From a virus (Duplodnaviria; Heunggongvirae; Uroviricota; Caudoviricetes), in IMG/VR virus record IMGVR_UViG_3300014205_000001, positions 125,413 to 189,412 of that record: DNA of 64,000 bases; one strand, given 5' to 3'. The notes below the pieces were generated by a model, which was given only the letters and a program-made list of their open reading frames with translations, was not told the DNA's origin and did no database searches. A program made the translations under genes and the position numbers. This document shows positions 18,422-28,147 of the stretch, piece by piece. The stretch's first letter is position 1. The number at the start of each line of letters is the position of its first letter.

Positions 18422-18586
18422 TTATTTCTTTTGTTTTGTAGCTGTAAGGTGCCAACCATTACAGAAACTACATAAATATGCTGTAGGTGGATTACCTTTC
18501 CATGATTTTTGACGTGTAAAAGAAACAGCAGCTTTTAATGCTAATCCTTTACTTCGATAAATTACTTTATTGGTTGTTTCGCACAT
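18422..18586 (-). CDS. 54-aa C..CxxC..H zinc-finger protein (not in ORF track)
   Basis: MCETTNKVIY..AYLCSFCNGWHLT. Confidence 0.75.
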   Translation of the reverse strand: MCETTNKVIYRSKGLALKAAVSFTRQKSWKGNPPTAYLCSFCNGWHLTATKQKK

Positions 18587-19684
18587 TTATTTTTTGCTAC
18601 TTTCTAAAATTTGAAAACAATTATCTACTGTTTTCTTGAGTAAAGATTTAAATTCTATTTCTGTAAAGAGATCAGTTTCTTGATTGACCTTAACATCGTT
18701 TGTCCACTCCATACTTATATCCTTAATAGATTTGTCTTTAAGAGATACAGTTGTAGTACGTTTAGGTTTATCTGTTACTATGTCGTCGATGAAGTCTAAA
18801 CGTTCGATTTTGAACTTATTAGTAGCTTTATCTAAATCTAAACGAAGCTGAGGATAATTTAATAATAAATTGTTACTTACTTCTAAATCAATAAAATTAT
18901 GTGTTTCTAAATGAGTACTTAATGTTTTAAAATCAGCAGGGTCGAATAATTGAATTTTTTTAAATTCAGGACTGTGATCATTTTCAATAAACACATCTTT
19001 CTTTTTCTTAGTATCGTAAACAAAAATACCCTTTGTATTTTGTACATCGTTTCTGTCCAAGTGATAAGGACTACCTACGAATGTAAAATTATTAATATTT
19101 TGTACAATATGTATATGTCCTGAAAATACTCGACCATAGCCATTAAAATCACCAATATCTAAAATATTACGATTTGCAGGACGTGTAGGATATAATTGTG
19201 TACGACAGCCATTTAAATCACTATGACAAAATAAAAGATCGCAACCTGCATATTGTTCTAATACTGTTTTTTCTTGATTTTTTCCATGAATCCATGGCAT
19301 CATTAAAATTTCTAAATTGTCAAGTGTAATTACTTTAGGAGTTTCATATACAAATACGTTTGGAATATTACGTATCACACATACTGAATTAATATCATTG
19401 CTATTCATTAACCATGCGTCGTGATTACCTAATAATACGTGACATTCAATTATTTTAGATAAATCTTCGAATAATTTGACAACAATATTAATTGCTTTGA
19501 GATTAATTGAAGTACGATTATCAAAAATGTCACCTAATATAAACAGTTTATCATCTTTCTTTTTGTTTTCTTTTAAAAATGGTATAAACCAATCGTAGAA
19601 ATACGATTCCATTATTTTTAACCATCTTTCACTATCGTTTTGATACTTACCAAAATGAAAGTCACTTATTGTCCATATTTTCAT
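18587..19684 (-). CDS. recombination nuclease subunit, T4 gp47/Mre11/SbcD-like
   Basis: SDFHFG, LGDIFD, GNHD, FCH, SGHIH metallophosphoesterase motifs; start moved to ATG 19684. Confidence 0.92.
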   Translation of the reverse strand: MKIWTISDFHFGKYQNDSERWLKIMESYFYDWFIPFLKENKKKDDKLFILGDIFDNRTSINLKAINIVVKLFEDLSKIIECHVLLGNHDAWLMNSNDINSVCVIRNIPNVFVYETPKVITLDNLEILMMPWIHGKNQEKTVLEQYAGCDLLFCHSDLNGCRTQLYPTRPANRNILDIGDFNGYGRVFSGHIHIVQNINNFTFVGSPYHLDRNDVQNTKGIFVYDTKKKKDVFIENDHSPEFKKIQLFDPADFKTLSTHLETHNFIDLEVSNNLLLNYPQLRLDLDKATNKFKIERLDFIDDIVTDKPKRTTTVSLKDKSIKDISMEWTNDVKVNQETDLFTEIEFKSLLKKTVDNCFQILESSKK

Positions 19685-19689
19685 AATGA

Positions 19690-19717
19690 TTATATTTTTT
19701 AAACCTAGCAAAGTTTA
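19690..19717 (-). promoter_or_regulatory. class-2 promoter TAAAC-N18-TATAA
   Basis: Exact motif, 5 nt before ATG 19684. Confidence 0.75.
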
Positions 19718-19759
19718 ATATATAGTATATAGTTAAAATAAAACAAACATCCTATAAAC

Positions 19760-20239
19760 ATGGCTAAAAAAGCAAAAAAGAACAAGGAAAACAACGAAAT
19801 TCCTGTAAACACAACTCCAGTTAGCAATATACCTGAAATTACACCTGCACCAATTGAACCAGAAGTAATTCCAGAAGTAACTCCTGAACCAGAAGTAACA
19901 CCAATGTCAGAAATTGATGCTGCCTTAATTCCACAAGCACCGGAAGTTCCACAAGCACCAGAAGTAGAAATTGTAGTTACACCTACAGATATTTTTCAAT
20001 CTGGTTTAGAAGAACCAATGATCGGTCCTGAACCTGCTATTAAATCTAAAAAGACAAAAGATTTAACAGCTAAAGAAATGTTCGAAAAAGCTATTAAAAC
20101 TACACCTTTTACAATTTTTCAAAATGGTATTTTAGTATGTCATCATAGTGATTTCGTAAAACTTACAGTTACTGACAAATACTTCGAAATTAATTTCCGT
20201 AAGTTTTCTTACGAAGGAATTGAAATAAAATATATCTAA
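19760..20239 (+). CDS. Pro/Glu-rich late protein
   Basis: PEVTPEPEVTP and PQAPEVPQAPEV repeats; AATATATA at 19717. Confidence 0.7.
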   Translation: MAKKAKKNKENNEIPVNTTPVSNIPEITPAPIEPEVIPEVTPEPEVTPMSEIDAALIPQAPEVPQAPEVEIVVTPTDIFQSGLEEPMIGPEPAIKSKKTKDLTAKEMFEKAIKTTPFTIFQNGILVCHHSDFVKLTVTDKYFEINFRKFSYEGIEIKYI

Positions 20240-20247
20240 TACTAAAT

Positions 20248-22236
20248 ATGGGACGGCTGCTAAACCGCGAACAAGTCTATTTAATTTCTGAAAAAGCAGT
20301 TGATGTAAGTCAATCAGCTTCAGGCGTTCTTGCGAATTTAGCAATGAAGCCTATTTCGTTATTAGTAGGTTCGATTAAAAAACAATATCGCAAACAACAA
20401 TTAGATGCATTGATCATGCAATGGGCAGGTGAATACGCGAAAGCAGTTAAACCTGAATTAGAAGAAAAACCTAATGTAGAAGAACCTTCTACTGAAGATA
20501 CTACTGCATCAGCAGGTGAAGAAGTTACTCCTGGAAATGTTCCTAACATTGAAGATAAAGTTGAATTACCTCCTGCAGAAGTTCCTGTAGAAGCAACAAA
20601 AAATATTATGGCTGAATTACAAAAAGACATTCAGACATTAGCCAATATCGAAAAGTTAATGAAAACTCTTCCTGATAATGGCGTAATGGATGATACTATT
20701 TTTCGTCAATTCAAAAAAGAAATTGGTGATTTAGAAACTTTATACTTTGAAGAATATATGTCTGAATTAAAAGATGATATTTCTGAACAAGATTTACAAT
20801 CAATTAATGCCAACATTAAAACTTACAATACTTTTGTGGAAGCAATGTATAACGCACCTACTGCTGCAAAAGTAAAACAAATTTTCCAATCAACATTTAA
20901 AGATGTATACAGTTCTAAATTAGCTGAGATCAAATTAGTCTTAGTTAAAATACGTCAACAGTTAAATACAATATTATATGTATTGCAACAAAAAGCTGCT
21001 AAAAATAAACCTGCTGAAGAAAAGGAAACTACTACAACACCTAATACTGAACAACCAAGTCAAGAAGAACCTTTAAATAAAACTGCTGCAACTAATACTC
21101 CTAAACCAAATCCTGATCCGAATCAAGTCGCAGCTGCAAAACAAGATTTAAAAAACGCTTTATCAGGTGGAAGAAATACAACTGAAACATTATCATTCAA
21201 ACAAAAACTTGAATTGGTATTGAATGAAGCAAAATACGTTATTCCACGAGAACCTAACGAATTAATTCCTGAAATTGATTTAAAAAATATTTTACAGGAA
21301 AATCCTAAAATTCGTGAAGAAGCAACTAAACGAGTTAATATTAAACGTTTAGATATTTTACAATACGAAGCGCAATTCATTTTAAATAAAACTAAAAACG
21401 CTGCAGTTGCTGGTAAACCTGGAACAGGTGAATCAAATCCTGATTTACAACGAGTATGGGATTTAGGTATCAAAAAAATTAATGATTATTTTCAATCTGT
21501 AATTGATGTTGATACTGTTATGAAACAAGTTAAACCTCAAGCAGACGAACAAACTAAAAAACGTATTGCTGCAGACGATGCACAAATTTCTAATTTAGAA
21601 GGGATGAATATTACTGAAGTATTTAAAGTAGGTGCGAAATTCGACCCAAATCGTGTATACGCTTTCGACTGTACTGTTACAGGTTTGAAATCTTTATCTA
21701 CAACTTTATTAGTATCACCTACAACACAATTTATTGATGACGATTCTGATACTACACAATATTGGTTTAAACTTTTAGGTGCTTATCGTTACGATGAAAA
21801 ATCTAAAAAAACAATCAAATTAAATATTTTCAAAAACATTGCATCAAATCAAAAAATGATTAATAATCAATCGTATTATTATTTAGCAATGCGTAATTTA
21901 CGTCCTTCGACAAATTCAGGTTCTTTTGCATTTTTATATTCTAATTTTGGTAATATTTATTATAACAATGAAGAGTACAAAGATACTGCGCAAATTAGTA
22001 AAGAACTTACTGATTTAGCTGGTCAAGGTAAATTTAGTGATAAAGCTAAAAATTTAATTAAAACTGGTAATGCAATTCGTATTAAAATGCACCAACGTTT
22101 CTTTGTAGACGATGCAGATATTCAAGCAAAGAAATTTCCAGGAATTGATGTTGCTACAATAAATGACGATAAAAATATTGATAAATCTAAAAAGAATAAT
22201 CAGTTACTGATGGATATTTTAGAATCAGATAAATAA
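20248..22236 (+). CDS. large putative internal head protein
   Basis: 662 aa; RLLNREQVYLISE N-terminus, internal VLNE site, low-complexity linkers. Confidence 0.6.
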   Translation: MGRLLNREQVYLISEKAVDVSQSASGVLANLAMKPISLLVGSIKKQYRKQQLDALIMQWAGEYAKAVKPELEEKPNVEEPSTEDTTASAGEEVTPGNVPNIEDKVELPPAEVPVEATKNIMAELQKDIQTLANIEKLMKTLPDNGVMDDTIFRQFKKEIGDLETLYFEEYMSELKDDISEQDLQSINANIKTYNTFVEAMYNAPTAAKVKQIFQSTFKDVYSSKLAEIKLVLVKIRQQLNTILYVLQQKAAKNKPAEEKETTTTPNTEQPSQEEPLNKTAATNTPKPNPDPNQVAAAKQDLKNALSGGRNTTETLSFKQKLELVLNEAKYVIPREPNELIPEIDLKNILQENPKIREEATKRVNIKRLDILQYEAQFILNKTKNAAVAGKPGTGESNPDLQRVWDLGIKKINDYFQSVIDVDTVMKQVKPQADEQTKKRIAADDAQISNLEGMNITEVFKVGAKFDPNRVYAFDCTVTGLKSLSTTLLVSPTTQFIDDDSDTTQYWFKLLGAYRYDEKSKKTIKLNIFKNIASNQKMINNQSYYYLAMRNLRPSTNSGSFAFLYSNFGNIYYNNEEYKDTAQISKELTDLAGQGKFSDKAKNLIKTGNAIRIKMHQRFFVDDADIQAKKFPGIDVATINDDKNIDKSKKNNQLLMDILESDK

Positions 22237-22237
22237 G

Positions 22238-22669
22238 ATGATAACTTCTATAAACGAATTTCGCAAAAAAATTAATGAAGAAAATGCTGTTCAACAACAA
22301 GTAACAAATACTGTTTTGAATAGTGATAAAACTACACATTTAACTGGTTACGAAAATGATATGGGTTACTATAATGGTAACAAAGGTAAATTACTTTTAT
22401 TATCTCAAAAAGCTGTTGATGACAATACTGAACAAGAAGCTAATAAAATAATCAATGGTAACATCTATTTAGGTATTGCATGGAAATTATATAAAATGGA
22501 AACTGCTTTAAAAGGTGATGAAGATAAATTAGGTTCTAACGAAATATCTCAACCTGAAAAAGCACAAATTCAAACTAACGTTAATACTAATAAACAAGAA
22601 TTAACAAAACTAAAAAAAGAATTAGACGATAAAATTAGATTAGATTTAGGTCAAATTAAAAAAATGTAA
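22238..22669 (+). CDS. putative internal head protein
   Basis: MITSINEFRKKINE. Confidence 0.7.
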   Translation: MITSINEFRKKINEENAVQQQVTNTVLNSDKTTHLTGYENDMGYYNGNKGKLLLLSQKAVDDNTEQEANKIINGNIYLGIAWKLYKMETALKGDEDKLGSNEISQPEKAQIQTNVNTNKQELTKLKKELDDKIRLDLGQIKKM

Positions 22670-22691
22670 GGGACTGTTAATCAGTCCTTTT
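22668..22691 (+). terminator. intrinsic terminator
   Basis: GGACTG-ttaat-CAGTCC followed by a T run. Confidence 0.7.
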
Positions 22692-22731
22692 GTTTTAGAA
22701 TCTCATCCAATTTAATATATAATTTCATCTC

Positions 22732-25263
22732 ATGGCCGATAAATCGCAAGAATACAATCAAGCAATTCAAGACTTTGCCAAATCCTTAAACGGTTTGATG
22801 GCAGCGATTGTCGATACAGTTCAAAATAAAGATGCGAATGATCCGACTGAAGCTATTAAAAAATTAGCAAGTGATATTGCTGAAACAGCTGAAGTAGTCG
22901 AAAAAATCCAACAAGATGTTAAAGCAACTAAAAACAATAGCGAAGAAATTTTAGCAATTGTAAAAGCATTACAACGAGAAAAACGTAAAGGAATGTTTGA
23001 ACGTTTAAGCGATAAAGGTAAAGGTACTAGTGGTAAAGTTGCTGATGGTATCAAAACAATTGCTTTAATGGCAGGCGCAATTTTAGCAATTGGTAAAGCA
23101 TTTCAAATTATTGGTACTGTAGATTTTCCTTCAGTGATTGCTTTATCTGTAGCATTACCTTTAATGGCAATCGCATTTGATAAAGTAGGTGAAACTACTA
23201 AAAGCCCTAAAGAAGCAGCGATGATAGCTATTTCAATGATAGCTATGAGTGCTGGTGTTGCAATATCAGGTGGTATCTTATCAATGATGCCTACATTGAG
23301 TATTTCACAAATGATTAGTGCAATTGGTGTCGCAGCTGCGATTGGAATTGCAATGTATGGCTTAAGTGTAGTCGCAGATAATTTAAATGCAAAAGAAATA
23401 AAACAGCTATACATGATAGCTCCTGTAATGCCAATTGTTGCAATGGGATTATTATTATCAGCTGAAATTTTACAAAATATTCCGGGTGTTGATTTAGTTA
23501 ATACAATCAAAACATCTTTAGCTGTTACTGGTGCTGCTGTAATCTTTGGATTAGGTGCTGCACTTTTAAATAAAGTAGGTAGTGTCAAAGATGTTACAGT
23601 AGGTAGTCTTTCATTAGTTATTGCAAGTGGCGGTTTAGCTTTAGCGTCACAATTAATTTCTTTAGGTGATTATGGTAATTTTCCTTCATTGGATTGGGCG
23701 ACAGGTTTTGGTGTATCAATGTTACTTTCACTTCCATCAATTTTAGCTTACGGTATTGTTGCTACGACTGGGATAGGAGCAATTGCAATTGCTGCAGGTA
23801 TATTATCTATGTTAGCAGTAAGTGGTGGCTTAAGTTTAATGTCTCACATTATTGCAACAGGTGACTATCAAGGTGGACCTTCAGCTGCGTGGGCAGGTGG
23901 ATTTGGTTTAGCAATGATGGCATTTGCGCCAGCAGTATTGATGTTTGGTGCGTTAGCAGCAACTGGTATTGGTGCTTTAGTAATTGGTGCAGGTATTGCA
24001 AGTATGATTGCAGTAGGCGAAGGTTTAGCAGCAACTTCAATTGCAATACAAGGTGGAAAATATACAGGAGGTCCTTCTGTTGAATGGTCAAGTGGTGTTG
24101 GTTTAGCAATCATGGCATTTGCAAATTCGATGGATTCATTGACTCCAGGATTAATTGATACAATATTTGGTGGTGAAAGTTTAGAATCATGTATTGGTTT
24201 AATGTTAACTCTTGCAAGTAATCTTCCAAAAATTGCTGCAGAAATTAATAAGGGTCAAGGACAATATACTGTTGCAAATGCACCATCCAAAGAATGGAGT
24301 GAAGGTGTTGGTACAGCATTAATGGCTTTTGCAACTGCGATGGCTGCATTAGAACCTGGAGTATTAGATACTTTAATGGGCGACTCGTTACAACAGCGAA
24401 TTGACTTAATGGTTCCTTTGGCTGGTAAACTTCCAATCATTGCAGCAATGTTCAATGCCAATCCTGCGATTTATGATATTAAAAATGTTCCAAGTAAAGC
24501 ATGGAGTGAAGGTGTTGGTATTGGTGTTTCATCCTTTGCAAACGCAATTGCTGTATTGGCAGATGAAATTGATATTGACGATATGTCAGATTATATAATG
24601 GCGATCATGCCTCTTGCTCCTGTTATGGCAGCATTTGGTAATTTTTTAGCTAAAGGTACTTATACAAACTATCCTAAAAAACAATGGGCTGAAGGTATTG
24701 GTGAGTTCTTCGAAGTATTTTCCGATTTAGATATTGCTGATGATGCTGCAGATCAAGCCAAACAAATGATGTTACTTGCAAAAAGTTATGTACAACTTGC
24801 TGCATCAATGATGGTATTAGGTAAAGGATTTAATTCAATTAAAGATGTACCTAATTTATCAGGTTTATATGGTGGTTTAGTAACATTGTCATTAATTGAT
24901 AGCGATAATTTAGAAGATGCTTTAGATGCGATTAATGATAAAAGTACAGAATTTGCAAAAGTTATGTCATTAGTTAATTCTGCTAATAATACAAAAATTG
25001 ATGAATCATCATTTGCTTTTAATAAAGATAAAAAACCTGCATCGCAAACAAATGCGAATGCAAATAAACCAACTGTGAATGTTAATTCACAAGCTGCAGT
25101 ACTTCCTACTGTAAATCGTCCTGCTAATGTTAAACCATCAGAAGATAAAATGGCTAAGTTACTACAACAAGTAATTAATCTATTAAGCTCAGGTAATGGA
25201 ATGTTAGGCGAAATTGCTGACAATACTGCTCATAAACTGTCAGATATGGGCATAAATCATTAA
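22732..25263 (+). CDS. tape-measure-like / membrane-active virion protein
   Basis: 843 aa Ala/Gly-rich hydrophobic helices, recurring PS..W..G.G; coiled-coil N-terminus; AATATATA at 22714. Confidence 0.6.
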   Translation: MADKSQEYNQAIQDFAKSLNGLMAAIVDTVQNKDANDPTEAIKKLASDIAETAEVVEKIQQDVKATKNNSEEILAIVKALQREKRKGMFERLSDKGKGTSGKVADGIKTIALMAGAILAIGKAFQIIGTVDFPSVIALSVALPLMAIAFDKVGETTKSPKEAAMIAISMIAMSAGVAISGGILSMMPTLSISQMISAIGVAAAIGIAMYGLSVVADNLNAKEIKQLYMIAPVMPIVAMGLLLSAEILQNIPGVDLVNTIKTSLAVTGAAVIFGLGAALLNKVGSVKDVTVGSLSLVIASGGLALASQLISLGDYGNFPSLDWATGFGVSMLLSLPSILAYGIVATTGIGAIAIAAGILSMLAVSGGLSLMSHIIATGDYQGGPSAAWAGGFGLAMMAFAPAVLMFGALAATGIGALVIGAGIASMIAVGEGLAATSIAIQGGKYTGGPSVEWSSGVGLAIMAFANSMDSLTPGLIDTIFGGESLESCIGLMLTLASNLPKIAAEINKGQGQYTVANAPSKEWSEGVGTALMAFATAMAALEPGVLDTLMGDSLQQRIDLMVPLAGKLPIIAAMFNANPAIYDIKNVPSKAWSEGVGIGVSSFANAIAVLADEIDIDDMSDYIMAIMPLAPVMAAFGNFLAKGTYTNYPKKQWAEGIGEFFEVFSDLDIADDAADQAKQMMLLAKSYVQLAASMMVLGKGFNSIKDVPNLSGLYGGLVTLSLIDSDNLEDALDAINDKSTEFAKVMSLVNSANNTKIDESSFAFNKDKKPASQTNANANKPTVNVNSQAAVLPTVNRPANVKPSEDKMAKLLQQVINLLSSGNGMLGEIADNTAHKLSDMGINH

Positions 25264-25278
25264 AATTCCCTTATTTAT

Positions 25279-25306
25279 TAAACCTTTATCATTGTTGATG
25301 ATATAA
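25279..25306 (+). promoter_or_regulatory. class-2 promoter TAAAC-N18-TATAA
   Basis: Exact motif, 5 nt before ATG 25312. Confidence 0.75.
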
Positions 25307-25311
25307 TCAAT

Positions 25312-25713
25312 ATGATTAAATTTTTTCGATCGATTCGTTTATTTTTTGATTATCGTCGTAACGTGATCAAAAATAAGTTATACTTAAACGAAAAATTTGG
25401 GTTAGAAGTTTCTTGGATATACGAAATGTATACTACGCTTACTTTAGCTGAAGCACCTGAAGATATGAAGCAAAAATATGGTTCAGCGTTAGCAGAATAC
25501 GAAATCAAAAAATACATTGGTGTTGTAAATGCAAATCTTGCTAAATTAGGTTTAGAAGAATTAGTAAATGTTTACGAAATTAAACGTTTAAACAAAGATG
25601 AATATGGTATTGCATTTGGATATGCATTATTTAATAATCTTCGTTTATTGTTATTATTTGTCGGAACAATTTTAGCAGCACTAGGTAGTATCATAACATT
25701 AATAATAATTTAA
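25312..25713 (+). CDS. protein with C-terminal membrane anchor
   Basis: LLLLFVGTILAALGSIITLIII at the C-terminus. Confidence 0.75.
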   Translation: MIKFFRSIRLFFDYRRNVIKNKLYLNEKFGLEVSWIYEMYTTLTLAEAPEDMKQKYGSALAEYEIKKYIGVVNANLAKLGLEELVNVYEIKRLNKDEYGIAFGYALFNNLRLLLLFVGTILAALGSIITLIII

Positions 25714-25721
25714 AAACAAAT

Positions 25722-26225
25722 ATGACTGAACAAGTAGACAACAACACGAAAGTAACGACAGAGTTTTATGAACTTAGTCAAGACACTTTAGACACAGTAA
25801 AAAGTCTTTTAGAAAAAATGGCATTACCATTTAATTTAAAGATTATGTATTTAGGTACAACAAAACAAAAAGCATTACTGAAGTTAAAAAGTGCTAGTAA
25901 AGAATTTCAATACAAAAACGGTATTGATTTAATTATGTACATCAATGAAGATTATCTAATTAAATTAGAAACTGCTAACGCAGAAATCTTAATGTATCAA
26001 GAATTAGATCGTTTACAATTCAGTATCGAAAAAGGTACTTTCAAAATTGCTAAATATGGTTTGCAAACAACTGTTGGTGTATTAAAAAAATATGGCATCG
26101 ATGCAGTATCAAATGCAAATGAATTATCAATTCAATTCACGAAACAAAAAGATGATAGTGATAGTAAATTGGAAAGTATCGATACTCCTAAGAAAAAACG
26201 TAAAAACGTAGAATTTTTAAAATAA
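25722..26225 (+). CDS. hypothetical protein, possibly degenerate phage metallopeptidase fold
   Basis: D..MYINE..L..L...AEILMYQELD recalls the HEL.H family, but the His ligands are missing. Confidence 0.5.
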   Translation: MTEQVDNNTKVTTEFYELSQDTLDTVKSLLEKMALPFNLKIMYLGTTKQKALLKLKSASKEFQYKNGIDLIMYINEDYLIKLETANAEILMYQELDRLQFSIEKGTFKIAKYGLQTTVGVLKKYGIDAVSNANELSIQFTKQKDDSDSKLESIDTPKKKRKNVEFLK

Positions 26226-26244
26226 AAATAAATAAAAGCAAAAA

Positions 26245-26481
26245 ATGATTGAATCTCAATTAATTGACAGTGTTGTATACTCTGTTTTAGACAAATTACG
26301 TAAAGGTACTATGCCTTCACCAACTGATCTCGTAACAAAAATTAACGATGAACTTAAAACGTATTTACGTATTAAAGCCGAAGCAAAGTTTATTCAAGGT
26401 GAAACGCCAGAATCAGTAACATATTTTATTAGTTATAAAGATTCTAATAAAAATGCACACACAATGTATTTCGAACTTTAA
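26245..26481 (+). CDS. small hypothetical protein
   Basis: 78-aa ORF. Confidence 0.7.
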   Translation: MIESQLIDSVVYSVLDKLRKGTMPSPTDLVTKINDELKTYLRIKAEAKFIQGETPESVTYFISYKDSNKNAHTMYFEL

Positions 26482-26506
26482 ACTATTTCGAATATAAGTG
26501 ATATAA
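26479..26506 (+). promoter_or_regulatory. class-2 promoter TAAAC-N18-TATAA
   Basis: Exact motif. Confidence 0.75.
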
Positions 26507-26527
26507 AAATAAAAATAATTACATAAA

Positions 26528-27190
26528 ATGTCAGAAAATACAGTAATAAAATCCGAAAATGAATACATTGATGCGTTATCTAACGTAGCTGTGAACGGTC
26601 AAGCTAATTTAAGTTTATTAGCTGAAGAAAGCAAAGCAAACATTGAAACATGTAAAAAAGATGTATTAGATTTTATTCGTGGCAACGAAAAAACTGATGA
26701 TAACTTTGTTACTGCATTAGATATTTGGAATAAATACAAAGATGCTGTTAAACACGCACAATGTACTTTCAAAATCAATGGTTTGGAATTAAAAGTAATT
26801 TACAACAAATTACACCGTGATGTACAATATACAACTGAAACGTTGTTTTATGGTTTACACTTAAAACGTCACTTTTTGGATTCATTCCCAAAAGCAGGTA
26901 AAGAATTTGAAGAAGTAAAAGCTTCTATTTCATTCTCAAATGCAATGGGTTTATATCATGTATTAAGTGATGTGAAAGTTACAGGTTTAAATAAAGAAAA
27001 TTATGCATTCGCAAACGTTCTTTATAAATTATCTGAAATCAGTAAAGTATATCAACAATACGATCAAGAATCTGCACAAATTAATAACGAAGTTCGTACA
27101 TGGACTATGGGTATTAATAAAGACGAAGCAGCAAAAGTAGAAGATGCAGTTGCTGAAACGATTAAAGAAGAAGTTAATGAAAATAACTAA
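26528..27190 (+). CDS. hypothetical helical protein
   Basis: 220-aa ORF. Confidence 0.8.
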   Translation: MSENTVIKSENEYIDALSNVAVNGQANLSLLAEESKANIETCKKDVLDFIRGNEKTDDNFVTALDIWNKYKDAVKHAQCTFKINGLELKVIYNKLHRDVQYTTETLFYGLHLKRHFLDSFPKAGKEFEEVKASISFSNAMGLYHVLSDVKVTGLNKENYAFANVLYKLSEISKVYQQYDQESAQINNEVRTWTMGINKDEAAKVEDAVAETIKEEVNENN

Positions 27191-27608
27191 AATTAAAGAC
27201 GTTAAAACACCACAACGTAGTGGAAGATCCGCTGGGATTGATTTTTTCATTCCCAACGACTTTCCTATTACTACGATAAATCCTGGTGAAGATATTTTTT
27301 TAGAATTAGGAATTAAAGTAGCAATACCTCGAAATTATTGCTTAATCGCTTTTAATAAAAGTGGTGTAGCAATTAAAGGATTAACTGTAGGTGCATGTGT
27401 AGTTGATGAAGATTATCAAGGACCTATACATTTACATTTATTTAATGTGTCAAAACAGCCAGTAAAAATTATGAATGGTCAAAAAATAATTCAATTTTTA
27501 TTATTGCCTGTATGGCACGAAGAAATTGAAGAAGTTCCTTTATCAGAATTATATTCTGAAAGCTCCCAACGAGGCGAAGGTGGTTTTGGTTCAACAGGTA
27601 CTCACTAA
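27177..27608 (+). CDS. dut: dUTPase (trimeric)
   Basis: SAGIDF, KSG, VVDEDYQG, KIIQ, RGEGGFGSTG. Confidence 0.95.
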   Translation: MKITKIKDVKTPQRSGRSAGIDFFIPNDFPITTINPGEDIFLELGIKVAIPRNYCLIAFNKSGVAIKGLTVGACVVDEDYQGPIHLHLFNVSKQPVKIMNGQKIIQFLLLPVWHEEIEEVPLSELYSESSQRGEGGFGSTGTH

Positions 27609-27610
27609 AT

Positions 27611-27637
27611 AAAATCCAACGAAAGTTGGATTTTTTA
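27611..27637 (+). terminator. intrinsic terminator
   Basis: AAAATCCAAC-gaaa-GTTGGATTTT. Confidence 0.85.
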
Positions 27638-27643
27638 TTTCTA

Positions 27644-28117
27644 ATGAAACGAGTTTTTTTACTTAAACTTTATTACGAATTGTGGAAGATAAAAAAATTG
27701 TCTTCCTATAAAAAACTTGCACAGCAATTTAAAGATTTAACTTTTCAAAAAGGTAAAATGGTTTTATATCGTGGTGTAGGTTTAGAAATTGAACCTTTAA
27801 AAACAAATTTAGGAATATGTTGGTCTTTTGATTATAACAAAGCATATCCCTACAATGGCAAAGGAACTCCTTATAAATTTTATTATATCTGTCACGCGTT
27901 AATTCCTTTGAAAGGAATCAATTGGAAACGTACAATAGAAGTAAATAGTGATGGTTTTACGTATGAAAAAGAGATACGTTTAGCATTTCAACAGCCTATT
28001 TATGTATATCAATGTGATAAAATCGTTATTCTTCCCTGTTATAGTGATGGAACGAAATGGAATTTTCCCAAAGAAACTTACATCGTTAAATATGATTTTA
28101 CAAAATTTTTATCGTAA
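27644..28117 (+). CDS. ADP-ribosyltransferase-fold protein (R-S-E type)
   Basis: VLYRG, GICWSFD...A, YEKEI.L. Confidence 0.55.
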   Translation: MKRVFLLKLYYELWKIKKLSSYKKLAQQFKDLTFQKGKMVLYRGVGLEIEPLKTNLGICWSFDYNKAYPYNGKGTPYKFYYICHALIPLKGINWKRTIEVNSDGFTYEKEIRLAFQQPIYVYQCDKIVILPCYSDGTKWNFPKETYIVKYDFTKFLS

Positions 28118-28142
28118 ACTTTCTTTTAATTTCTTAATATAA
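28115..28142 (+). promoter_or_regulatory. class-2 promoter TAAAC-N18-TATAA
   Basis: Exact motif, 5 nt before the polymerase ATG. Confidence 0.75.
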
Positions 28143-28147
28143 CCTAT

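Noticed and set aside
20310-25223. Antisense ORFs in the track (also 32940, 35043, 47872, 51053, 63584, 63801 and others)
   Set aside because: They are shadows of well-supported genes on the opposite strand, with no motifs or initiation context.
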